Assembly (NCBI RefSeq): GCF_009834535.1
Contig: NC_045711.1
Location: 35,774,001 to 35,838,000, forward strand
Source of the DNA: Camelus ferus
Taxonomy: Eukaryota
Length of the DNA stretch: 64,000 nt
Direction: 5' to 3'
Below the pieces are notes generated by a model. The model searched no databases and was not told where the DNA came from. It worked only from the letters and a program-made list of their open reading frames with translations. The position numbers and the translations under genes are program-made. Each line of letters opens with the position of its first letter. Position 1 is the stretch's first letter. Below are positions 40,801-52,279 of this stretch, in pieces.

Positions 40801-42887
40801 TTTTCCCTTATTCTTTATACATTAATAATTGGAATTCTCCATAAGAAAGTCTTATCTCTCCTTTTCCCTCATTGTAATATATGTAATCATTTATTCATTA
40901 CTGTATAAATTCATGGATATTTTATTCTAAGGGTTAAAACCCAGTACTATTGTTTATTTTGTTCCTTAAATTGTTCCAGTTTTGGCCATTGGGAGATCCT
41001 TCAGGTTGATTTCTGTGTCCTTCTGACATGCCGCCATCCTTTTTTAAGCATTTCTTTACTTTCTGGCACCATAAGATGTTCTAAATCCATCTGGTATTTT
41101 CTCTGCTCCAGCCCTGGAATCAACCACTTCTCCAAGAATCTCTGGCTCCTTTATTGGAGAATAGTATGTAGAAGCCAAGATCTGGGTACCAGGTGTGCTC
41201 ATTATTACTGGGATGTTGCTTTTAGGCTCTTATTGGACTTAGAAAATATATGTATGTATTAGAACTAACACAACATGTCCCTCTTTATCTCTACATCTAA
41301 GCAATGGCAACTTTTCAAACACTTGGAACTGCGCCTGACACACACTGAGAAATATTAGCTATTGTTGTTGCTGTTATTATCCACATGAGCCTACTAGTGT
41401 GGATATATCAGAATGAGAACTCTTTCCCTTTAATTGTCCTCTACAAGTAGGCACTGTAGAGTGTGGACTAGGAGCAGTAATCCACAAAAGGAAACTGAGG
41501 GTTTGCTCAAACAGTCTCTGCTCTCTTTGATCCTTGGAAGGTATGGAGGGAGCTTCCAGCATGTTTTGGTTTACTGCTCTTTGGTCTCAGATCACTTAAG
41601 TTGCCTCATAATATGGAACCTAGTTGGACTCTAATAAAATCATTCAAAATTCCAAATATTCAGGCAACAGACTGTGCCTTTGGCCTTCCTCTTAATTCCT
41701 TTCCAAACCCCAAACAATAGAAAACACCTGTAAGCTCCAGCAATGTTGGGCCCAGGGTCTGCCTTTCCTTCCTTCTAGCCTGCGTGTCTGCTGTCCATGT
41801 GTGATGGGACCACTTTATGTTGGTCTCCTCTGGGTCCTGTAGAGCCAGACCAAGACCTGGGTCCCCAGCCCTGTCATGAAACTAACCAAGTGCCCTTGGT
41901 GACAAACCAGGGCACATTATTTAAATTCCCTAATTCTCAGTTATCCCATCTGTAAAATGGGAACAACTACAGTTCCTCCTTCATAAGATAGTTGTGCAAG
42001 TAGAGCATCACTACATGTAAAGTACTCAGCACCCTGCCTTGCAGAGCTTTTTCAAGTTCAACAATTGTGAGCTACCACTGTTATTATTTACATGATAAGG
42101 CAGTCTGGTGATGCCATAAGGCTTCAGATGTGAGGTGCAGACCCTTTCCTCAGGTCAGAAAGAAACTGACTCTGCACATTGCCTGCTCAACTGCTCCAAC
42201 CTCAGGTAAACCATTCTCCCTTTAGCTCCTCAGAGGGACAAAGTCACTGGAAGCCCAGTCACAAGACATCTGGGATGATTACTGGATATGATATCCGGGG
42301 GAAGACTTTCTCCAAACTCTGGATCTGGGGTATCTTGACAAGAGGGGAAGGAAGCAAGGGGCACACTCAGTCTGGACTTCTCTTTGGCCCCTCCTCAGAA
42401 GCCAGGTCGGGGCAGAGTCTAGAGGGGGTAGGGCCACCGTATGACCAGCCCTCCCTCCCACCCTTCCCCTTCACCCACCTCCACCCAACCCTTGCAGGAG
42501 TGGAGAACTGGGTCTGGGCTGAAGACACGGCTTTTGTCCCCACGGCGATACCCTGGAGTCCTGAGCACCAGATACAGAGGCTGCAGGTGACCCGGAAGTT
42601 GCTGGAGACGGAAGACCAGGCTGCCTTCCCCCTGGGAACTGCCCCGCCTCGCTACGTGTACCTGGCCAGCAACCACAGCAACAAGTGGGGCCACCCTCGG
42701 GGCTACCGCATCCAGGTGGTCAGCTTTCCTGGGGAGCCGCTGCCCCAGGCCAGCTCCATGGAGAGAGCCTTCAGCTGGGCGAGGTGGGTGGTGGGGTGCC
42801 AGAGAGGCACTGGGGGAGGCAGATTGTACAAGAGGCTCCATGTTGCTGGGAACCCAGGTTCCCCCACCTCCCGTGGGTGTGCATGCA

Positions 42888-42935
<48 letters not shown>

Positions 42936-44146
42936 CCCTGCAGCCACAATCTTAGGCCACTCAAAATGAATCCTACTGGTTGGATGGATGAATGGAGAGA
43001 TATGTGCTGAATCAGATACAACAAAATGTTCCAGGTAGAATCTAGGATGTGAGCATGTGGGTGTTTACTATTCTTTCAACTCTTCTCTATGTTTAAAATG
43101 TTTGCAATCAAGGTTGGAAGGGAAACAAAGAAGAAGAGAGGAGCACAGATCTGAGGGGGTGTCCCCTAAAATCCAAGCACATAAGATACTGAAATTGACC
43201 TAAGATGGGAATCAGGCTGTGTCTGGGCATATGCATCCATCTGGATGGACACATGAGCGACAGTCCCATCTGAAGTCTGAACAGCGGGCCAGTAGATGTT
43301 TGAGATACAGGATATTGAAGAAATGCAGGAACTTTAAGAGAGAAAGAACGGGAAGTGGACAAAGAATAATAAAGAGGTTTGATACCCTGAGACCTCTGTG
43401 CTCATTTCCCCTTCATGTCCCCACCCTAGTGCAGCTTCAGGCAGCGGGACGGGTCGATTGAACTTGGGGGTCTAATCCAAATCCCCTGCAGGTACCAGCT
43501 GGCTGTGACCCAGCGGAAGGAGGAGGAGCCCAGCAGCATCAGCATCTACAATTTGAATGACCCCTGGACCCCGACCTTGGACTTCACGGACTTCATCAAC
43601 AATGAGACCATCGCTGGGCAGGTGAGTCGAGAGGGAGGAGGTGGGGGTCAGAGGCGGACGAGGGGGAGCAAGGACGAGCCACCTCATTCTCTCCTAATCC
43701 AGAGTCCTCCAGGGGGTCTTTGGAGCCCACCAAGGAAGAAAGCATTATAATTTCACATTTTTCCTGGTCTGGTGAACTGAATCGTTCCACACAAGGCCAC
43801 TGCGAAGGAGGGGGCAGGCATGTCCTTAGCAAAGCCAGGCTTCAAAATCCTCTTTCTTCACCCCTGCTAGGACCTGGTGGCCTGGGTGACAACCGGTTTC
43901 CTGCACATCCCACATGCAGAGGACGTTCCCAATACGGTGACTGTAGGGAACGGAGTGGGCTTCTTCCTCCGGCCCTACAACTTCTTTGACCAGGACCCCT
44001 CCTTTGACTCTGCTGACTCCATCTACTTCCGGGCAGACCAGGATCCTAGGGCTTGTGAGGTCAACCCCATGGCTTGCCTCCCCAAGTATGCAGCCTGTGC
44101 CCCGGACCTCCCTGCCTTCTCCCACGGGGGCTTCTCTTACAACTAG
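37842..44146 (+). CDS. AOC4: Secreted plasma-type copper amine oxidase, 756 aa (exons 37842-39420, 42498-42783, 43492-43621, 43871-44146)
   Basis: 1579+286+130+276 = 2271 nt, open frame, GT/AG. Short hydrophobic leader [16 protein letters not shown] then [14 protein letters not shown], as in bovine serum amine oxidase. Catalytic Asp379, TMLNYDY with Tyr464, HTH and HIPH. Position between AOC3 and G6PC1 matches AOC4/AOC4P. Confidence 0.93.
40040..41270 (-). mobile_element. Old L1 (L1MB/MC-like) 3' region in AOC4 intron 1
   Basis: Characteristic L1M 3' sequence; explains the longer AOC4 intron 1 (3077 bp) versus AOC3 (1523 bp). Confidence 0.7.
40596..40700 (-). mobile_element. tRNA-Ala-derived SINE nested in an L1 in AOC4 intron 1
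   Basis: ggaggtgctgggg-aattgaacccagg...accactgagctataccctcc. Confidence 0.8.
42889..42934. repeat. (CA)23 microsatellite in AOC4 intron 2
   Basis: Read directly. Confidence 0.95.
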
Positions 44147-44459
44147 ATGGGCCCTGGAATGGGGATTTTGGCTGGGGACCCAGGACTGGGAAGTGTGGGA
44201 GGGGAGGCAATGGGCACTGGGCAGGGCAGTCTGTGCCCTCTTCTCCCTCCTCACACCCCAAGGTCCTCTCTCTCCCACTGTCCTCCCTGCCTCCCCCTCC
44301 CTACTGGGAGCATCCTGAGCCTGTGACACCTGACACAGGGGTACTTGGCTTTGTGGACCCCAGACCTGCTGGGCTCCTGTCCCTGAGAGGAGAGGAATGG
44401 CCAGCCAGGAGCCAGGAGTGATGGCCAAACTTTTACCAGAAGACTCCTGTCTTTTCTAA

Positions 44460-45420
44460 CAGTTGGTAATCTTATTTTTTAAATGAGATATAATTCCCAT
44501 AACGTAAAATTCACCCTTTTAACATGTAAAATCTAATGAGCTTGGGTATATTCATTAAGTTATGTAACCATTGCTGCTCTCTAATTCCCTAACATTTTCA
44601 TCACCCCAGAAAGAAACCCCAAAACTTGTTAGCCGTCACTGCCTATTTCCCTCTAACCCCTTCCTCGCTCTAGGCAGCCACTGACCTTTCTGTCACTGCA
44701 GATTTGCCTATATTCTGGAAATTTCATATAAATAGACTCATATGTGGTCTTTTGTGTTGGCTTCTTTCACTCAGTTTAGTGTTTTTGAGGTGCATCCATG
44801 TTGTAGAATGAATCAGGACTTTGTTCCTTTCTGGCTGAATAATATTCCATTATAATAACAGATCACATTTTGTTTTCACTGTTTGATTGTGTATAATGCT
44901 GCTACAAACATTTGTGTACAAATTTTCATATGGACGTATGCCTTCATTTCTCTTGGGTGCACACCTGGGAGTAGAATTTCTCAGTCAAATGGTAATTCTT
45001 TGTTTAACCTCTTGAGGAACTGCCAGGCTCTTCCAAAGTAACTGTACCATTTCCTTTCTTTTCTTTTCTTTTCTTTTCTTTTTGCATAACATAAACATTT
45101 TACTTAAACTTTTACACAACATACTTATACATAATGTAAAATTTTCCATTTGACCATTTTATTTAGTTTATTTTTTGTATTTAAATTCTATTCTATTTAA
45201 GTCTTTTTGAAAAAATTGAAATAGAGTTGATTTACAGTGTGCTAATTTCTGGTGTACAGCATAGTGATTCAGCCACACTATATGTATATATTCCTTTTCA
45301 TTATAGGCCATTACAATGTATTGAATAGAATTCTCTGTGCTGTACAGTAGGATCCATTCGACCATTTTTAAATGTATAGTTCAGTTACCCTAAGCATATT
45401 CAGAAGCTTTATTGGAACTC
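44460..45420 (-). mobile_element. Old L1 (L1MB-like) 3' region downstream of the AOC4 stop
   Basis: gagatataattcccataacgtaaaattcacccttt...catcaccccagaaagaaaccc pattern. Confidence 0.75.
45161..45353 (-). mobile_element. 5'-truncated L1 3' end nested in an older L1, 15-bp TSD
   Basis: CCATT(T/C)GACCATTTT at 45146-45160 and 45354-45368. Confidence 0.75.
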
Positions 45421-45502
45421 CTCAGCTCCTCTTCTACCCTGGGACTTTTTTTTTTTAAATCATTCTTTTTTTCTTTCCTTCCAGTTTTTCATGTATACTT
45501 AT

Positions 45503-45627
45503 TTGGGGGAGGGGAGGAGTAATTAGCTGTGTTTTTTTTGTTTTGTTTTTTTAAGGAGGTACTAGGGATTGAACCCAGGCCCTCATGCTTGCTAGGCAAG
45601 AACTCTACCACTGAGCTATACCCTCCC
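45503..45627 (-). mobile_element. tRNA-derived SINE downstream of AOC4
   Basis: ggaggtactagggattgaacccagg...ccactgagctataccctccc. Confidence 0.8.
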
Positions 45628-46574
45628 TTCCTGCCCTGGCTCTTGAATATGAAGGTGAGGCTTCTGGAGACCAGCTGTTCTTGGAGCCCCAGGACAGGGT
45701 CCCTACTAGGCCTGTGTCCCAGATCTTAGGAAGGTGCTTCCATCGCGACTGTCACCCTAGCTGACTCCTTCTCTCTCCTTTTTCTCTCCTTCTCCTTCCC
45801 CTCCTCTTGTTTCTTCAGCATCTACTCCCTGGTGTTTCCCTCCGAGGTCCTGGAGGGATGTCCCTGCTGCCTCAAGTCCTATAATCTGTGCCCCCCCACC
45901 ATTCCCTCAGTTTTTGTGTCCTCCTCTGTCCCTGGGCTGGGGAAGCCTTTGACATGCAGGGCACTGCGGAGCCAGGGGTGTCCACTGGGGACAAGTCTGA
46001 CCTGGTCAGGCAGCAGCCTCCTGGGCCTCACATCCCTGCTGCCCCTCTCAGGACATGGACTTTGGATGGGCATAATTAAAAACTGAGACATTTTCCAGAA
46101 AGGAGTGTAGGGGCAGGAGTATGGTGGAGAGGAGGTAGGTCTCAAAGACCAGGCTTTCTCAGGTGCCTCCTGGTTGGAGGAACTCATGTGGTGTGCAGTG
46201 TCTGCTTCTAGAACTTGCCCTATTCTGCCATTGTCATTTCTAGGAGGGGGGAGCTGTGAGGTCAGGAAGAGAGGGGGTTCCTTCTCCAGCCAGAAGCCCA
46301 CACCGCAGACCCAGCGCTAGTGGAGGACACTGAGTGGGCAGGCCCTGGCAAGAGGGGAGTTCAGGGCACAGAGATTTGAGTCCAAGTGAGCTTGTGACCA
46401 GAGGGAAACCGGGAGCTCAGACCATGTGGAAGCCTCATCATTGCCTGCAGGAACTGCCTGGACCCCAGGCTCTACCAGGTGAGCTGGAAAGGAACTAAGT
46501 TCTGGCAGAGGGACCTTCATATAAAAATGAAAAGTTGTGGGATCTACGTTCTTGATTTGAGAATATCAGTAGGA

Positions 46575-46638
46575 TAGGTGAAAAGTGCTCAGCTGAGGAA
46601 GGGGTTAGGTGAAAAGTGCTCAGCTGAGGAAGGGGTTA
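46575..46638. repeat. Perfect 31-bp tandem duplication
   Basis: TAGGTGAAAAGTGCTCAGCTGAGGAAGGGGT at 46575-46605 and 46606-46636. Confidence 0.95.
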
Positions 46639-47539
46639 AGACAGAGCTGGTCTGTTGCTGATTCTTATTTTGATTTTGCTTCACAGCTCAGTGATTGAAC
46701 TTCTCTTTACCCTCTCACTCCAGATAAATATCATATTTTGACTTTCTTGTGTTTTCTTTTTTAAAGAAATCTGGACCATGAGGGGTGTAAATACACTCAT
46801 TTTGCCCCCAAAACACAAATGCCTGGGGGATGGGGGTGGGCAAGGATGTTTCTCTCAGCTGTTCCACCTCTGCTTCTCCATATGCAAGGGTGGGGAGAGG
46901 GGACCTGGAATCTTAGGCTGATGTCTGCATGGGGGGCTCTTCTGCTGTGGCTGGCTTGCTGACTAAGGGGTGTGCAATGGGGCTCCCCACTGGGGTCAGA
47001 AGGAATAGCTCAAATCTCCCCAAGGGAGAGTGTGTAAGGTGGCCTCGTTGGAAGGCTCTCCCAGGAACATACCTTCAGCCACAAGATAGAAGCAAGCAGA
47101 CCCTGAGGAATGCAGCCCAGAGACTTCCAAAGGGTCAGAGCCACAAAGTTCAAGGGGAGCCTGGCAAGTGAGAGGGTATCTTGGGAATGTGGACCCTCCA
47201 GGACCTTTGGACCAACAGCCTTGAACACCACACTCATGCACTCAATCAGTGTGAGCTCCCTGGCCTGGCCTCTTAGTGACGCCTGCCTCCTGTCACCACC
47301 CTGACACTTGGCCTGTGCCGAAGGGTGACCGTGTTTGCTCCACTCAGGCTCTGCAGGTGGGTGCCTGTGGCTCCTGTCCCGTCCCCCTCCCAACATCTGG
47401 AGCCTGTGAAGGGAAACAGGCTGTAATGCTCCCAGTGTGGCATGAGTCTCAGATACCTTCCCACTGCAAGTTGTTTTTCTTTAACCAACTGTCAGTGTCC
47501 CTCATTAGGAAGGGCTTATCTTCCTAATTCTGGCGCACA

Positions 47540-48029
47540 TATTATCACCTTGTACTGCTTGCCACACAACAGGCCAATAAATCGAGAGACGAGTATTGGA
47601 ACAAGGAACAGCAATTTTATTTGGAAAGCCAGCAGACTGAGAAGATGGTGGACTACTGTTCCAAAGAACCATCTTCCCTGAGTTAGAATTTCGGTTTCTT
47701 TTATACTAAAAGGAGAGGGGATGTGGTTGGTTGTTGCAAACTTCTTGGTGTCAGAACCCTTTGTTCTTGCAGCTGTCCACATAGGTCAGGTCATGATGTT
47801 CCCGTAAACCTCCAACAAGGTAAGTGTTATTCTCTGTTTTGCAACTTTTTATCTCAATACTAATGCAAAAGTATTATACCTTTAAAGGTCAGAGACTTGA
47901 GAATGTTCTATCCTGTCTCTTTCAGGCTATAGGCAATATTCTTAACTTGTAGCAAAAGCAATAGAATATAAAGTTTAAAGTACAAGAAACAGATCCAATG
48001 TGGAGTCAGATCTGTTCTTCCCTATTACA
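47540..48029 (-). mobile_element. Solo ERV1-type LTR (MER41-like of cetartiodactyls; family tentative)
   Basis: Minus strand starts TGTAATAGGGAAGAACAGATCTGACTCC; TATA-like TAGTATAAAAG and AAATAAAA polyA signal in LTR order; left boundary approximate; no TSD seen. Confidence 0.75.
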
Positions 48030-48629
48030 ATGTTAAACTACTTTGTACACAAAATTGTTGCTTAGCAGAAGAAAAAGGAAATTAACACTATGATTTAAGT
48101 CATTCCTGATGTTCATAATGAAAAAAAAAACATACTCCTTGACCATAGTCCCTGGGCCAGAATATGATGGGGGACTCCCCTCACTTTCTCAACGACCCTC
48201 CAAGGAATGTGATGTTCCTCAGTCTCTCCCACTTTTCCTGTTGAAATGGAGTCGGTATGGTGGAGATGAATCTGGGCCAGCTAATTTCCATCTGCTGCCT
48301 CATTTATTCCTCACAACAACATTGAGAAGCCGATATTATTATTCCCATTTTACAGATGAGGGCACAAAGATTCACAGGGATTAGGTAACTTGCCCTAAAT
48401 TGCCTGGCTGGTAGGCAGTGGGGCTGAGATGGAACCCAGGTCTTTGTGCAGTTATACCTGACGCCTTCCCCTGCACCATTGTTCTTTTTCACTGCCTGGC
48501 CGGCTTGGTTAAAGAATTAAACAAGGTAATGCTTGAGAAGCACTTGGCATCTAATCCATGGTAAGTGACCCTCTAGGAGAAAAACTGGCACTCAGCGGAC
48601 CAGAGCAGAAATCTGCAGTTGCCTTCAAG

Positions 48630-48805
48630 CAAAGGCTCTCAACCTTGACTGGACATTGAAATCACTGGGAAGCTTGTAAAACTCCACATACTCAGCTGCA
48701 TCTCAGACCAATATAATTAGAATCTCTGGTGGTAAAGCTCAGACATTAGCAGCTTTTAAATTTCTCGCAGCTGATTCCACAATGTAACTAGGCTGAGAAA
48801 ACCCT
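48630..48805. mobile_element. MER5A-like hAT DNA transposon relic
   Basis: Similar to the recalled MER5A consensus (ttctcaaccttg...attagaatctctgg...ggctgagaa). Confidence 0.6.
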
Positions 48806-49524
48806 GGGGCAGCAGTTCAGTTCCAAGCCTGCCAGAGGAGCCTGACCAGAGAACCTTAAAAGAACTTGTCTGTCAGAAGGCGCAGAAAAGGAGTGTTAGA
48901 GAGCCTGCCTGGCAGTGACAATCCAACCACGTCTGGAGCAGAGGACCCGGCCCGAGGCCAGGACATGTCCAGCCCTGGAGGCACAATAGCCCTGTGGAAG
49001 GAGACTCCAGGCCCTCACAAACCTATCTCATGACCAACTGCTACCTCTGATTCACAGCTCCCTGGGCCAGCTTCCCACATCTCAGTCATGGAAAGAAAAT
49101 GGGCAAGTCAGTTATCACTCTTGTGTAAATGGTATATATCTACATCTTATATAAATTGCTATTCTGATAATAATTGCTTTTGCTTTGACAGCCACTGTAA
49201 ATGAAGGTTAGCCTGGTAAATTTAGATCCTCCCTAAAAGACCGCCCCCATGGGTGAGCTGATGAAACTGGTTTCTGATTTAGGCCCCCTCCCTTGGACTG
49301 CAGTGAATTCACCAGGTAACATCATGAGGTGTCCTGGGGACCTCAGCCAGACTCTCCTAACACAGTGCGCACCAGCCTCACCGCAAACTTGGCATCTAAC
49401 CTCCTAAACACAGACCCACCGTAAACAAATTCCTACCTTCCTTCCCTCCCCTCCTATAGTTTTTCCCTGGCCAACTGCCCTTTGTAAATCTTCAGCACCT
49501 CCCACTCTCTCCGGGGTATATTAG

Positions 49525-50006
49525 TGTGACCAAGCAGGACCCTGTGGGGCCTCCTAGGGTCAGACCCCTCCCCCATATCCTCTGCTGTCACTCCTCTCTG
49601 AGGTGCCCAGATAATGGTATCTCATGTATATTTCTTGAGTTTTTCAGATTCCTAAAAACACCACCAAAGAGAAGAAATTAACTACTCGATGATCGAGAAC
49701 ACGTAAGCCCCCAGACCTTCTGGCGCCTAGGGGTTGATAGTGTTGACTGCCCTGTTCCCTCAACATCAACCAATCAGGGGATTGTGCACAAGCTGATCAT
49801 GTACCCTGAGACCCGCCCCCTCCCCTACCAGCAAAGCCTTTAAATATGCTTTGCTGAAACCTTTTGGGGAGTTCAGGGTTTTCTTGAGCATGAGCCACCC
49901 CGTCCTCCTTGCTCGGCCCTGCATACCTTTCTCTGCTCCAAACTCCAACATTTCAGTCTGTTTGTCCTCATGGTGCGTCAGGCACATGAACTTGCCTTTG
50001 GCAGCA
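49525..50006 (+). mobile_element. Solo ERV1-type LTR (482 bp) with 4-bp TSD TTAG
   Basis: TGTGACC...GGCAGCA ends; TTAG at 49521-49524 and 50007-50010; internal CCAAT box and TATA-like TTTAAAT. Confidence 0.85.
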
Positions 50007-50868
50007 TTAGGTCATTCACAGACTGGGTTCAGCAGCCCCTGCCAACCTGATGCCCTGCACTCCAGACACCCCCAACAATGTGACCTTGCCTAAACAGGCC
50101 GTTACTTTCCACTCATGCCTCTGCCCATGCGCCCTCCTCCTTCCTTCCTCCGCTTCCTTCCTCGCTTCTTCACCTGGTAACTCCTTATTCGTCCTCTAAA
50201 ACCCAACTCAGATATCATCCCGTCCCACTTTCTTTGTTGGTGGCTTTGTTCTCCCTGCGCCCTTAGTGCCTTGGCAGGACTCTACAATGGAAGTTCACAT
50301 GCTGAGCTCTGGTTCATTATCCCCATGTGTCCTCCCTTCGCTCCCCAGTATAGAACCTGAGCTCCGTTTCCTGCTGGCCTTGGTGGCCTGGTGCCCAGCA
50401 TGATGTCATGGCCATTATGGATATTTAAATACATCTTTGTTGAAATTTAAACAAATGGTGACAGTTGTTATATTCGAGTAATTCTTTGTCTTGTTTAAAA
50501 AATACATTTCGCATACAGTTTCTTCTTTGACTACTTCAAAAAGGAAGATCTAAGGAAGCCTAAAGATCCTGAGTGAATGATCACCCTGGCTGCACAGGTT
50601 AAGCCGGGACACAGGGCCAGAGGCCGACAATGACATGCTGAGCCCAGGCATTTCTTTTCCAGATGAGACCAGCACTGCTGGAACCAGCAGCCCAGCCAGG
50701 GTTGCAGGAGGGAGGAGATGGGACAGAAACATTTCTAAGGAGGTGGAAGTTGTCAGGTCTGTAAACCAGTTCCCCACACTGGGCTTTCCCTGAAATCAGC
50801 AGGAGGGGCCCAGAGCCTGGTGTAGACCCAAGGGGGCATGGTGTGAGAGGGTTAGAAGCATAGACTGG

Positions 50869-50988
50869 GAGGATGGGGGTATAGCCCAGTGTAGAGCATG
50901 TGCTTAGCGTGCACAAGTTCCTAGGTTCAATCCCCAATACCTCCAGTAACAAAAAAATGAAACAACAACAATAACAACAAAAACCCAA
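50869..50988 (+). mobile_element. tRNA-Ala-derived SINE with 15-bp TSD (1 mismatch)
   Basis: AGAAGCATAGA(C/T)TGG at 50854-50868 and 50989-51003; A-rich tail. Confidence 0.85.
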
Positions 50989-51241
50989 AGAAGCATAGAT
51001 TGGACGTCAGACCCCAAAATGCTGTAGAATGTGGCATGGATGTAGGGAAGGGTATTTCGACGCAGCAAAGTAATGAGTTAAAGTTTCCCACATTCTGCAG
51101 TGTGGTATAGGGTTTTATAGTGTGGTTTCTGGAGCCAGAGTGCTGGGGTTTGGATCTGGCAAGTGTGACCTTGGGCAAGTTATTTAACTTCTCTGTGCCT
51201 CACTTTCCTTACCTGTAACATGGGAACAGTAATAAAATCTA

Positions 51242-51443
51242 GTGGGGGAGGTATCAGCCAGTGGCTGAATGCGTGCCTAGCATGCATGAGGCCCTGGGTT
51301 CAATCCCCAGTACCTCCTTTAAAAAAAAAAAAAAAAAAAGTAAATAAACCTAATTACCTCTTCCCCCCAAAATAATTTTTTTAAAAAAGATCTTGTGTAC
51401 TTAAAAAAAAACAACCCTAATTACACCCCCCCCAAAAAATTAA
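51242..51443 (+). mobile_element. tRNA-Ala-derived SINE with duplicated tail, inserted in a MIR
   Basis: TSD AGTAAT(A/G)AAATCTA at 51228-51241 and 51444-51457; the CCTAATTAC..CCCCCCAAAA tail motif occurs twice. Confidence 0.85.
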
Positions 51444-51569
51444 AGTAATGAAATCTACCTTAGGATTTTTATGAGGATTACATGAATTAATCCAAGATGA
51501 GTTCTTGGCATATAGTAAATGGTTGATGAATGCTAGCTATGATTTACTATTTTATTAACCAGCATCTGC

Positions 51570-52100
51570 TGGGTGTTTCAGTTACTGCATAACAAACCAC
51601 CCTGGAAAATAGTAGTTGAAAACAACAAACCATTTTATTTGCTTATTATTCTGTAGTCCAGCCCTCTGGGCTGGGGTGATTTGGGGAGTTCTGCTGGAGT
51701 TGCCTGGGATCACTCATGTGGCTGAAGCTACCCGGCAGATAGACTGGGGCTGGATGGTCTAAGATGGCCTCACTCACACATCTGGAGCTGGGGCTGGCTG
51801 TCCAACAGCCACGTGTTACAGCAGCATGTCTCCAGCAGGCCACCCTGGACTTCTCCCCTTTGTGGTCCAGAGTTCCAACTGAAGCCCAAAGACAACAAGC
51901 CCTAGTGAGTGAATGCTTTTCAAACCTCTTCTTACAACATATCTGCTGATGTCCCATTGGCCAAGGCACAAGGCCAACCCCAGATTCAAATGATGGAGAC
52001 ATAAACTTCATGTCTTGACAGGAAGAGAAACAAAGTCACAGTGCAAAGGGGTGTGCATGAGCTGTGGGAAGAACCACTGCAGCCATCTAAACAAGCTATC
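51570..52100. mobile_element. MLT1-type MaLR LTR relic
   Basis: Typical MLT1 motifs (actgcataacaaaccacc..., aagatggcctcactcac, cccattggccaag); boundaries approximate. Confidence 0.7.
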
Positions 52101-52279
52101 ATACTGGCACCAGACATGCAAGCAGAACTCTCTTCTAAGGTTGGAAGGGATGCTTTCTTGGCCCTCAGGGCTTAAGGTAGCAGGAAAAGAGTTAAGGTAT
52201 ATGCAAAACAACTGTAATGCAAGGTGTGCACATGCTAAGTGTCTAAAGATAGGAAGGGTTAAGTGCTAGGGGAGTTCAG

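Noticed and set aside
41148-41157. CArG box CCTTTATTGG in AOC4 intron 1
   Set aside because: Lies within an old L1 fragment and has no supporting motif context.
42179-43024. 258-aa plus and 201-aa minus ORFs around AOC4 exon 2 (similarly 28160-28810)
   Set aside because: Exon 2 plus flanking intron; the HT/CV repeats come from the (CA)n microsatellite.
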